From Parasitella parasitica NRRL 2501 (taxonomy: Eukaryota > Fungi > Mucoromycota), in contig MU619362.1 in assembly GCA_025201805.1 (NCBI GenBank), forward strand, positions 29,141 to 93,140: a stretch of 64,000 nucleotides of DNA, written 5' to 3'. Under the pieces are notes generated by a model. That model had not been told where the DNA came from, made no database searches, and was given only the letters and a program-made list of their open reading frames with translations. Both the position numbers and the translations under genes were made by a program. How positions within the stretch are numbered: the stretch's first letter is position 1; each line of letters opens with the position of its first letter. Below, piece by piece: positions 26,006-36,845 of the stretch.

Positions 26006-26920
26006 CTATAAATGAGGAGCAGCGTCAACAGAGTGATAGTCAAAAGACAACGACATCAGTTTGTGGTCAGATCCCAGGGACAAATCAGAGCAAATACTAA
26101 TTTTTGGGGATGAAAGAGATAAAGATGAGGTACCCAGAGAGGCAGAAGACAATGACGCTACATTCGTAATGTAGTAATCGACAATGCTACTTACATTCTG
26201 CCCACGACGACGATCCTCTAGAGTAGGTGTGCCGTGGGCTAACTGGCAGTTCAGAACATTTAACTCGTTGTCAGCACAGTATTCTTGCAAAAGGTTGCCA
26301 CGGGAATTGGTGGCATAATCACCAACAAATGCACCCATTCTAGCGTTAAGATCACCGCAGATAATAGTATCGTGATCCAGAGGGATCGCATTCAAGATAG
26401 CAGAGACCTCAGCTGTATAGAGACCAGCCTGTTCAGGCGGTATATACAGGCAGATGAGCCGAAGCTCACGACCCAGTTGAATCCCAAGTGCGAATTCATG
26501 CAAGGCAGAGGGCAGAGGTGTTTGGAACGCGGTAAGAGGGCAAGAGGGGTTGATCAGGCAAGAAATGCCTCTTGAGCCTCGACCGCCACCAGCGACAGGA
26601 ATTCCAGGCAAGTGGAATTGCTGCCAGGTTGTGGGTATATGGACCGGAAGACGATGTAGCCATGTTTCCGTAATAAAGAGAACTGAAAAGGATTGGCAGT
26701 ATCGGAGGACATCATCAATTGTTGTGTCTCTAAGACCGCGAGCGTTCCAGAGACCAATTGTGAGTGGGGTGAGGGAGGCGCTATTAATGATGGTGGCCGA
26801 AAGGCCGGGAGGAGTTGTAGGATTATTGTTATTAAGGAATGTAGTTGGAGTAGTAGTAGTTGTAGCAGTGATGTTGGGAGACATGGTTGGGTTATAATGA
26901 TTGAGTTCACACTCAATCAT
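26006..26920 (-). CDS. LINE ORF2, apurinic-like endonuclease (EEP) domain only, 3' truncated
   Basis: IGLWNARGL, LFITETW, LICLYIPP, IICGDLNAR, TNSRG, PT, SIVDYYIT, LGSDHKLM. Confidence 0.92.
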   Translation of the reverse strand: MIECELNHYNPTMSPNITATTTTTPTTFLNNNNPTTPPGLSATIINSASLTPLTIGLWNARGLRDTTIDDVLRYCQSFSVLFITETWLHRLPVHIPTTWQQFHLPGIPVAGGGRGSRGISCLINPSCPLTAFQTPLPSALHEFALGIQLGRELRLICLYIPPEQAGLYTAEVSAILNAIPLDHDTIICGDLNARMGAFVGDYATNSRGNLLQEYCADNELNVLNCQLAHGTPTLEDRRRGQNVSSIVDYYITNVASLSSASLGTSSLSLSSPKISICSDLSLGSDHKLMSLSFDYHSVDAAPHL

Positions 26921-27843
26921 TATAACATTTCCACTTCGGAGTCATGCATGGCAGCATCGCCATCCACGGGGCGACGGTAGCCAAAGAGACCCTCCTCAGG
27001 GGCCAAGGCTTCAATGTCTTCAGAGGTAATCCAACCTGCAGTCTGAAAGTAAGCAGCGACAGAGGCAAAGAGACGGGAACGGCGAGATGCCAAGTAACGG
27101 AGGGACTGTGTGCAGCGCTTGATCTGCAACTCAAAGGCAATATCCTCGCGCTTTGAGATTGAGAGCTCACGGTACTTGGGATCAGCAACGTGCTGCGGGT
27201 CAACAGGGTCAAAGTTGGCCACAACTGCAACTTTGTTCTTGGACAACAGGTCCAGAAGGGTTTCCTTGTATTGGACATGGATCAGAATGCCAATAACGTT
27301 GCGAGCGGGGAAGGTAACATCAATGATGCGAGATGCCTCTGCACCGATGAGGTGCAAGTTGTTGCGAACTTCAGTTCTGGTGAAGCGGCGAGAACGGTTG
27401 ATATAAAGGCATTCATAGCCCTTAGGTCCGTCTGCTTGGGCATTAAAGCCACGGGTAATAGCCTGACGGTGCTTTTCAGTCACCTCAGAGGGAGCTTTGA
27501 TCTTTCTTGATCTGGGCTTCTTCTGGACAATTTCAGTCCAAGTGGAGGTGGTCTTGGGGGCGCCAGTTGCTGCCTTGCTGTGCTGCGGCTGCTGATTGGT
27601 TGCAAAGGAAGCTGGGTTATGTTTGACAGCTGAAGGGGAAGCAGTAAGATCGGCAATCTGTTGACGAAGACTGGCATTTTCTTGAGTCAAAGAAAAATTT
27701 TTGTTTTTCAGATCTAAAATGGCACTTTTAAGAGTGTTCAACTCTTCCAGGGCGGTACGGTGAACAGAAATATCCTTCTGCATACTGATGACTAACGTCT
27801 GCAAATCTAGTTGCGACATAAGAGTGGATGGTTCTGGCTCCAT
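26920..27843 (-). CDS. LINE ORF1 (coiled coil plus conserved C-terminal domain)
   Basis: N-terminal heptads (LTQENASLRQQIADL), TWTEIV, GYECLYI...RIIDVTFPARNVIGILIH...FDPVDP; lies directly 5' of the APE ORF. Confidence 0.85.
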   Translation of the reverse strand: MEPEPSTLMSQLDLQTLVISMQKDISVHRTALEELNTLKSAILDLKNKNFSLTQENASLRQQIADLTASPSAVKHNPASFATNQQPQHSKAATGAPKTTSTWTEIVQKKPRSRKIKAPSEVTEKHRQAITRGFNAQADGPKGYECLYINRSRRFTRTEVRNNLHLIGAEASRIIDVTFPARNVIGILIHVQYKETLLDLLSKNKVAVVANFDPVDPQHVADPKYRELSISKREDIAFELQIKRCTQSLRYLASRRSRLFASVAAYFQTAGWITSEDIEALAPEEGLFGYRRPVDGDAAMHDSEVEML

Positions 27844-28095
27844 GGTCTGTTTACCGGTTGCTAGATGATCGAGTGAAAAAATATTTGCGGTGTTTTTGGG
27901 GTTTTTTGTAAAACAGGTAAATACTTGATCAATCGTTTTGAAAGTTGAACAGAATATACTTTAAGATATTAACACTTAATGTATATTCTATTGACGGTTG
28001 TTGCTTTGGCTGTTTACTGCTATGGATTTCCTTGTCTAATATTAATATCACGTGTACCTGAATTCTGAGGTCAAAACGTAATAAAAAAAAAAAAT

Positions 28096-28168
28096 GGGGA
28101 TGTAGCTCAAATGGTAGAGCGCTCGCTTAGCATGCGAGAGGCACTGGGATCGACGCCCAGCTTCTCCA
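28096..28168 (+). tRNA. tRNA-Ala (anticodon AGC)
   Basis: GGGGATGTAGCTCAAATGGTAGAGCG-CTCGC TTAGCAT GCGAG-AGGCA-CTGGG ATCGACG CCCAG-CTTCTCCA cloverleaf with the G3:U70 Ala determinant; T-run Pol III terminator follows. Confidence 0.96.
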
Positions 28169-28776
28169 ATTTTTTTTCCATTTTTTTTTTTGGTGATACG
28201 TTTCACTTTTTTAAAAAAAAAAAAAAAAAACCATTTTGTTTGCTTAACAGAGAATTCAAATAAAATGTCAAGCTTTGTGGTGAAGGCTTATTTTTATGAT
28301 GGAAATTTGATTCGAACAGTACTGATTGTAAAAGGAAACTTTTCTAATAATCGATGGCATTTAATAATCAGTAAAAGCCATTAAGTTTTGAGTCTGATTT
28401 TTTTTTTTTTTTTTTTTCATAATTGTCTATAACCTGCCTCGCTTATTTCCAATTCAGACCCTAATTATCTCTTTCTCATTCAAGTTAATAAACTTTATTT
28501 AACTCAGGCAAGCGTAGGCTTGCGAAACTACTATTAATTCTCTGAGTATCTCAAGTCTAAGGCGACTTGAACACTTGAATTCCTTTGTGTAGTAACTCTT
28601 GGGTCCCATGTGGAGACTATGAAGATTAAGTATTTTATGCAACTCAGTCTCTGTATTCACAAAGAAGATTATTCCAATGAGCGGAAAAAAAAGGGGTGAC
28701 AAAAGAACTAAAACTTGATTGCTACAGCTGTTACACACAAGTGTATATTGTAGAACGTTATAATGTTGTGTATTTC

Positions 28777-28809
<33 letters not shown>

Positions 28810-28821
28810 ATGTATTTTTTC

Positions 28822-28853
<32 letters not shown>

Positions 28854-28909
28854 TTTTCTTTTCCTCCTCCTTACTATACATAAAAAAAAAAAAACAAAAA
28901 AAAACTCTA

Positions 28910-30366
28910 ATGAATTACTCTCATAATCAATCATCATTAGTTCCAAGCCATTCAACCGTATCCGGCTTTCCGAATGATTCTGATACTACCTCACCTTTTC
29001 AAAGGCAATGGAGCATACGACAGGCGAATAGTAGACTTCATGCCTATGGATTACAAACAGCGTTAGAAAATGACCTTGCAAGACAAGTTCAAGATGATGA
29101 AAAGAGGCAAATTAATTATGGGGCGGCTATTCCTCTCAACGAATTAAATGGCTCAACAGAATCGCAATTCGGCACAAACAACCCATATTTATCTGGCACA
29201 TCAATGATACCTCCAAGTCGATTCTCTGCCCAGGGCAGTGTTCGACACAAAACATACGGCTTCCAGGACCCATTCGCAGTAGCGCCTATGGAAGCATGGC
29301 AAGAAATCAAAGATTATAATTTAAGGGTTAATGGATTACCGACATTGGATCAAATGATGCGATTGCACACATATAGTCCACTTACACAGTCAAATTTTGC
29401 AACATTTCTACGACGACGCCGTGTTCACCAAAACCTAAACTTTTTGATGGAACTCGAAACGCACGATAAGTTGTGGAGAGCATATTTACAGAGCATTGAC
29501 AGGCAAAACAGACAGAGATTATCTCGGTTTTTAGAATCAGCGGCCGAAAAGGATCCATTACAAAACAAACAGAGCCTGTCTTCATCTCCTTCGTATGCGG
29601 AAACACCCGATACAGATGGCTTGCTGACACCATTACCACCGCAACCATTGACACCAAGGTCGCCTTCGTGTGAAGTTTATGCATCTCGTGGCGATAAATC
29701 ACTCAATCGACATGATCTTGTGCAGAATGCAACCCGAATCTATAGAACGTATTGTTCGCCTATTATGGATGCAGCACAGACAATCCATTTGCCAGACGAT
29801 CATAGACGAGCATTAGAAGAATTAGTTGAAAATAACGAAAGGCCAGAACCCATCGTCTTTGATTCCGCAAGATCGCATGTATTTGAAATACTCAATGTGT
29901 TTTACTACCCACTCTTTGTGGATGATGTGCTCCATAAGAACATATCTATCGGCACTGCACGCTTATTTTTGATACTGGGTATTATTATCTTGACACTGGC
30001 TTTCTCTGTCGAGTTGTCATTGATCTTTTTGGATGCTGGTACATCAGCTACTCGTTGTCTTGGTTTGATACCTTTTTTTTTCGGCTGGTCCTTGTTGCTT
30101 ACCAGTACGACAGAATTTGCGTGGTGGTTTGGTATATTTAGCAAGAGGTAAAAAAAAAAAACTCCTCTCCTTCGTTGGTCTCCTTAATAATTTTACTAAA
30201 CTGTGTTATCTTTAGTGAGGTGCAATTCATGGTCTACTTGGATTTGCAAGATGTCACAGTGCAAAAGATTCATCGTAAACGGGGGTGGCTATGGCTTTTG
30301 TCCATATTAACATTATCTATAATTTCAACCATCCTATTTGTATTTATTCCATCTCGTCGATTATAA
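28910..30366 (+). CDS. RGS-domain membrane protein, Rax1-like (polarity landmark), 2 exons
   Basis: LPTLDQMMRLHTYSPL..FATFLRR...LNFLMEL, RIYRTY, FDSARSHVFEIL...YPLF, three C-terminal TM segments; ATG follows the poly-A tracts. Confidence 0.78.
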
Positions 30367-30777
30367 CAAAATACTATTACCTTTCTAATATTGATAAACC
30401 TGCCAATTTTTTTATACAGTTCGTCTCATTCAGGCACAAAATCTCATGTAGCATTTTTGATCCCTAGGCCATATAAAGCTTTGCTACCACGTGCATTTGC
30501 ATTACAACCTGAATTCTTTATTTTTGTACGATAATAGAAAACAGCACGTTTCAAATTAATTTGCAGTGCAGGAATGATATTTTGCGCATACAAAATGCGA
30601 GAGTGTGCATTTTCTCACTGACCTGGTGTTACATTTTTAATTAAAACCGCCAATTTAGAGCTTGGCATAACTAAATTGACAAGTAGTGAAAGAGTAGCTT
30701 ATTTCAATGTAAAAAATGCATTTATTTAGACATGGAAGGGGGATGCAAAATGTAGATTATTACGTGGAGTTTGCTTT

Positions 30778-32803
30778 TTACTGGTAGCCAAACGTCCACA
30801 TGCGCTCCTTAACATAATTCTGGTACTCACTGGGTTTGATAGATTGGAGTTCCTTAACAGTGGCAATCTTATCACGGACAGCTTGGTCAACTACAGCAGA
30901 TGCAACAGTGGTAGAAACATCACGGATACGAGATAATTCAGGGTAAAGCCATCCATTGGCACGCTCTTGCTCAGTGAGGGAATCAGCCAAAGCCATAGCA
31001 GCGCGAAGAATGATACGGTTAGTGATAGATTCAGGCTTCGCAATGATACTTCCTAAACCTAATCCAGGGAACATGTACATATTATTGCCTTGGCCAGGCA
31101 TACACACTTGTTTTGTTTCGGGCACAATGTACGCAGGGAATGCGGTGCCTGAAGCAAAGACAACCTTATTGTTGGTAGCCTTCATAGCATCTTCAAAGGT
31201 ACATTCGGCCTTGGTGGAGGGATTAGACAGGGGGAACACAATGGGCTGATCGTTAATCTGGCTCATGCGTTCAAGGATGCTCTTGCTAAAGGCACCAGTG
31301 GAAGAAGAGAGGCCTATGAGGGTAGTGGGCTTGACGTAGTCGATAATGTCAGCCAGCGACTGAAACTGAGTGCCATCATTATCGTGTCTAGCATAGTAGA
31401 CCTTGTGCTCAGCTAGGCGATCACCACGATCAGCCGTTACAAGACCCTTTGAATCGCAAATATAAAAGACTTTTTTAGCCTGCTCCTCTGTCAGCCCATG
31501 TTCAATTTCCAAATACTCTTGGATCTGTCGTGCAACGCCAATAGCGGCCGATCCAGCGCCATAGAAAACAATGCGATGATCAGAAAGGGGAATCTTCGAC
31601 TCTGTTTCAACCTTTCTAAACGCATTAATTAGGCCTGACAGAATCACAGCGCCAGTACCTTGGATGTCATCGTTGAAGCACAGCATTTTGTTTTGATATT
31701 TCTCCAAAAGACCAAAAGCATGCTCGCTGGAGAAATCTTCAAACTGGACCAGCAGATCAGGGAATGCACGAATCAAAGATTTGAGCACTTGGTCCATAGC
31801 ACTGTAAAATAACTTGTCATTGGGTCTGTTTTCACGCACGCCGAGATAGTGGTCGTCACTCAAATTCTTCTCATTGTTAGTGCCAAAATCAAGAACGATG
31901 GGTAATGTTTTACGAGGATCGACACCTGCACCAGCAACATAGAGTTGGAGTTTACCCATACTGATAGGCATGCCATTCATGCCAAGATCGCCGAGACCAA
32001 GAATGCGGGATCCGTCTGTCATGACGGTGATATCCGGAATTTCTCCTGATCTTTGTTTGTAGTCCGCAATGATTTGATCCAAGTGTGGAAGATCCTTTAA
32101 CGTAAGGTAAAGACCGTCAGGCGTGCCTGTATAGACGTTGTACTTGTTAATGACAATGGTGATAAACTGATTCGTCATAGGACAAACCTGGTGGAGTCAA
32201 AAAGGGGTAAATATCAGAATATTTTTGACAAGCTTCGCCGACAGTAGGTGTATAAATAATAGGGGCAAATTCCTATTAATAGTAATCTTTAAGTTTTTTG
32301 TTGTAAAAAATAACTTTTTTTTTTTTTAAACTTTTACCTCAATATGGTCATTCAGCAATTTGTAGAATAATCTTGTATTATTATTTCGTAATTGAGCCAT
32401 AAACGTGTATTTTTCTAATTGTGTCTGTCGGGATCTAACAACCTTGAGGGCTCTTGCAGCCTGGTTCTCGATAGAATCAACAGCAGAAGGGATTTGACCT
32501 ATTAAGTGCAGCTTTTGGCGCATGTTGGTGGGTAATGCCGTACCTGGTAAAGATTTGTCAAAGGATGATTTTTGCAGAAAATGTGACACTATTACCATTG
32601 TTATAGTAAGCTGAATGAACAGCATCTACTGACTTGGCAGGCTGATGTAATTGACTCGATTCCTCTTTCAAGGCGGGCATGATAGTAGAAGAGGGTGATT
32701 GAGTATGAATCTTTTTGGTAAAGAAAGATGGCTTATGAGCCAAGAATCTTTGATTTCGTAAAGATTTAGATAAAACAAGACTGGAAGATCTATAAAGACT
32801 CAT
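30778..32803 (-). CDS. Malic enzyme (malate dehydrogenase, decarboxylating), probably mitochondrial, 4 exons
   Basis: PIIYTPTVGEAC, TDGSRILGLGDLG, VQFEDF, FNDDIQGTG, GAGSAAIG, PLSNP, GQGNNMYMFPG; basic/Ser-rich N-terminal presequence. Confidence 0.95.
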
Positions 32804-33064
32804 ATTTTTGTTGGTTGTTTAACGAAGAAAAAAAAACAAGAGAAGGATTAAATGATTTATATATATGCAGTTTACAAAATTTTAAGACATTGAATGCAGC
32901 AAATAGGAAAGGAACCGAGTCATGATGATGCTTGATTTTTCATTTGTTGAGAATCCATGGCTTCTATGAGTATGTATGTACCGGAGTATGAGCCGTATTT
33001 TCGCGTTTCCTTGAGAAAAAGCTGTATATACATGAAAATGACAAATCAATCTTAGTCGCACAAA

Positions 33065-33706
33065 TCAAGAAAAGAAATTGCTTGGGAATTGCGGATATAA
33101 AAGTCTTCTTCTGATCCAGTACAAGAATACTTGGATTGATATGATTTGAAATGTTTTTATCGCAGTGATGGGCATCACATTTGTAATTGTGCGTTTCTGG
33201 CATCTACTCTTTTGATTGCAAATGGCACAGTCCTGTTGATAGCACAATTGGCAGCGGTAACGAATGGAGAGACCTGGATGAGGCTCTTCCACTTGGTCAC
33301 CTTGTTTCCATGGCAATCTAATCGTTGCATTCTCCATATTGATCCAATGCGAGCAATGGATGCTCATCGGTTCAAATTGAGCATTATCATCTGATAGCTG
33401 GAAATGACCTAGTTGTATTATTCCAAAACGCAAATGCTGAAATTGTGAGCAATAGCCTTTACAAATAAGGGATGTGATTGGTGTTACCCAACGTATCATT
33501 TCTTTGTTACAAGTGATGGCAAAATAAGCAGATGGTCTGTAAAATGTTAGGGTCCATTCTTCTCTTTTAATTCGATTCATTAATTCTTGCTTAATTAACA
33601 TTTGGCATGTTGCGAACGGTGGTGTCTTTATTACCTGGCATACACAAGATAATGGTAAGAAAGCCAATATATGCAAGGTTATATCTGCAGGTTATGACTG
33701 GATCAT
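33065..33706 (-). pseudogene. F-box-like gene with a nonsense codon at position 5
   Basis: ATG ATC CAG TCA TAA CCT GCA GAT ATA ACC TTG CAT ATA TTG GCT TTC TTA CCA = MIQS*PADITLHILAFLP, then open for about 200 codons. Confidence 0.5.
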
Positions 33707-34022
33707 TGTAAATTAGAGAGCATAATCATTAACAGTGCGAGAATAATGAAAGTTGCGAATTAAAATAGCTTAAATGTTCAAAAATACAACAGCAAAACCC
33801 TTGTTTGCAAATGATTTCATTGTCTCACACAACCCGCTCATCCCCCTTTTTCAATTAAATAAGTTGGTTTGTCATTACCAAAGAGGAAGGGGGGGGAGAT
33901 AACTCATTTATAATCTAATGATCACCGTTTGCTATAAATATAATTTGATTTTTTCGTATAAAAAGATGGAATCAAGCTGATTGTTTCTCTTCTTCAACTC
34001 AACCCATTCCTTTCCTTATAAA

Positions 34023-34277
34023 ATGCCCTCTCGTTTATATCCTCAAGATTTTGATACCAAAAAAGTCGAATCTCGCTCGCTACTTAACACAGTCAAAAAT
34101 CGCTTGCTTCTCAAAATGAATATGATTCCACTATGCTGGAAAAGTCTGCTAGATCAAGAGAAAAAATGGCATCACTGCAAACAATGCGAAGTGAGTTTCG
34201 GCTCCAAAAGTCGTCATGATTGGCACCTAGATATCTGTGGCCCCATGAAAGTTGAATTCCCATCCACCACCTACTAA
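34023..34277 (+). CDS. Small hypothetical protein with a zinc-finger-like motif
   Basis: 84 aa; CKQCEVSFGSKSRHDWHLDIC; upstream TATAAAT and a good ATG context. Confidence 0.55.
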   Translation: MPSRLYPQDFDTKKVESRSLLNTVKNRLLLKMNMIPLCWKSLLDQEKKWHHCKQCEVSFGSKSRHDWHLDICGPMKVEFPSTTY

Positions 34278-34637
34278 GAATTACGCAAATAATTATGTTA
34301 TATGTTACATGTTTACCCTACCTATTATAGACAAAAATTAGAGATATTGGCCCATAGAAACAACTTGGTTGGATGTCATTTTCAAAGAGATTTAAAATAA
34401 ATAACTTTTATCGCTTTTCTTCCTTCCAAATGTAACTAGAACCAAAATCGTTTATAAGATTTGAGTTATATTAATTGTTTGTAAACATTATATGAAATGT
34501 AAATTAGTGTTTGATTTTGTAATTATAAATGCTAATTGAAGATGCAGTGAAAAGGGCTACTTTTTTTTGTTCAGAATGTTGATGTTTTCTAATTTTTTTG
34601 TGATGAAATATTTAGGGTATAAAGACTGAAGTTGGAA

Positions 34638-34987
34638 TTATTCCAATAAGCTGTAACGAGGCACACTGGAAGAGCCTATGTAACTAAAGGCGTCCTGGTG
34701 CGTACGAGTGGATTTGCTGATGGTGATTGAAGTGCGTCTTTCATGGTTGAATGATGAAAAGAAGGGGTCCAGCAATGGAGATGTTGGTGGCGAACAAAGA
34801 GGACTGGAGCTGGTGCTTGAAGCAGCACTAGAGTGCTTGCCGTTGAAGTCTTGAATGCGACATGTCTCTGAGCAATACAGCTATTATTACAGTTAAAGTG
34901 AGAATTCTTGTACAAAACTCATACAGCCACACTTACGTTCTCTTCAACACAATGACGATCGCAGATGATGCACCAGGAAAGATCCAT
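34638..34987 (-). CDS. Ecl1/2/3-like (extender of chronological lifespan) small zinc-binding protein, 2 exons
   Basis: Spliced product MDLSWCIICDRHCVEEN|LYCSETCRIQD...SPPTSP...SLLE*; intron gtaagt...taatag. Confidence 0.8.
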
Positions 34988-35979
34988 ATTTGACTTGGTT
35001 TGAGTTTGCTACTTTTTATTGCTATAAATGCATGGAATGAAATAAAACAAAAAGGGTGGAAAAGCTCCCGTAAATTGTGCATCTACTTTATATCGTTCGG
35101 AAAAAAATAGATTCAGATTTAATCATTGCTTTGCAAATCGGGTGTGTGAGGATGAGTAATCCTGACCCTCGCATTGCGGAGATAGCCAAACACTCATCAA
35201 TGCGGTAGATTAACCAATTGTGCACGGCACGTTTTTCTCACACTTTTCGTTATCGTTGTATCGTTAATCCCCAAGCGAAAGGGGACGTGCGCACGTTCAG
35301 AAATACTTTCAATCCATGGCATATTGAGTATACAAATATACACGAAACAAGCACTTGTATAAAAATTATTGCAACCATTTGTGCCCGTGGAACCCTGTTG
35401 CGAAAAAATTCACACAATGATCTTTATCTATGAGCACACAAGCACATAATAGAGACCCAATCATTCTCACTCCTGCTGAAATCATACGAAGTTTCTGTGC
35501 TACACGATGTAGAGGAGTAACTTTGGTTACAATTCATACCAATTCAAATTGTTGGAGAGTGTCAATGTCATTTATAACCTCAAAACACTATTTTCGAAAT
35601 ATTTACTTGGTCCCTTGAAAAATAAAAATGATAGTTTCATTACAAGATCATCATATGTACGTAATAGCACTACTTTATGTAAATATCCACGTATGATTTA
35701 AGACAGGGTGTTGCTTTTGAAAGCTATAAGTTGGATTGATGAAAATAGATTGGCTACAAAAAAAAAGAAATCATGGTATATAAGTCATGCATCTTGTTAC
35801 CAAACGGATTCCTATCATTGCGCAGACAACACACAAGTCAAGCACCTTAAAACGCGGCCACATCTTTGATACCATCTGATAAATAGCTGCCCAAGCAGAT
35901 ATATCAGGCAGGAGCGACTGCCAAAATGTCATACTTCTGCATACAAATGTTAATTTCTTCAACTCATTTCATCTTACCA

Positions 35980-36845
35980 GCTGCAGGTGCCGCCTTGGTA
36001 TTTCTTATTCACCTTTCTATCTTTGTAAATTAACAAGAGCACAATTTTTATAAAAGGGGGGTGGGAATGTAGTTGACGAGAACGGTGGTCTTTAACCCAA
36101 GGGACTATTTTGTTGATCAGAATGAATTTATAGTTGACGATGGTTAGCTTAATGGGTCCAAAGTACGGTTATTTTGGAGATCCATAGCTTCAGGGTGTTT
36201 TCTCAATTCAAAGATAGCAACTCTAGCAAGGTTAGGAATGTACAGGAATTGATATCCTTGTAGAGACAGTAGATGGCTATTTGCAAGAGTTTTCAGCCGC
36301 TAGAGTTGAAGGAGTGGTAACTGTGGGCGATGTTGGTGAAGGTGTACTAGCAGCCACTGAAGCCCATCGAGAAGCGTACGAACCCTTTGATTGTTGGGAG
36401 GAGCTCGCAGGTAAATGGAAAGATTGTGCACTAGCTGTAGGAGGAATGAGAGCCTCCAATTCGGCTATACGAGCAAGAGCACGATCGAGGTCAGCCTGAA
36501 GCTGGTTGTTGTGATCGGCTAGATCAGTAAATTTGGCCAATTGGGCATTGTATTGGGTCAACATCTGATCCTATCGTTTGATATGATCATTGAATTCCTG
36601 TATCCAGGAAGGCACAGCAGCATAGGAATGCAACTCTCCCGGTTGGGGAACAACCAAGGAAGGAGTCATATTGAAAGCAAATGAGGCATCTCCTGGGAGC
36701 ACAGGGGTATGCTCAGGAGCAGATGAGTCTATATTTTCGATAGTAGAGCTAACAGGTGGATCGACAGAGGCTGGAGTTGCTGTAGTTGAAGTGAACTTGC
36801 GTGAGGAGCGACGAAGTGGCGGATCGCGCTACTATCCAGTCCTTT
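35980..36845 (-). mobile_element. Degenerate LINE remnant; ORF1 of the same superfamily as 26920-27843
   Basis: Coiled coil LQADLDRALARIAELE, GSYASRWAS, and after a frameshift GYQFLYIPNLARVAIFELRK...NNRTLD; stops and frameshifts present. Confidence 0.7.

Larger units (their letters stand above)
26006..28045 (-). mobile_element. 5' half of a non-LTR retrotransposon (LINE): 5' UTR, ORF1 and APE domain of ORF2; RT missing; 5' boundary approximate
   Basis: Two abutting ORFs with higher GC than the flanks; see the ORF1 and ORF2 entries. Confidence 0.9.

Noticed and set aside
21891-27958. The LINE 3' fragment (21898-22289) and LINE 5' half (26006 onward) as the two ends of one element with TSD GAATATA (21891-21897 and 27952-27958)
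   Set aside because: A 7-bp AT-rich match can easily arise by chance, and nothing shows the two pieces belong to the same family; left unresolved
28763-28909. Poly-Lys N-terminal extension in the ORF track
   Set aside because: Artefact of translating poly-A tracts from a TTG; the real start is probably the ATG at 28910
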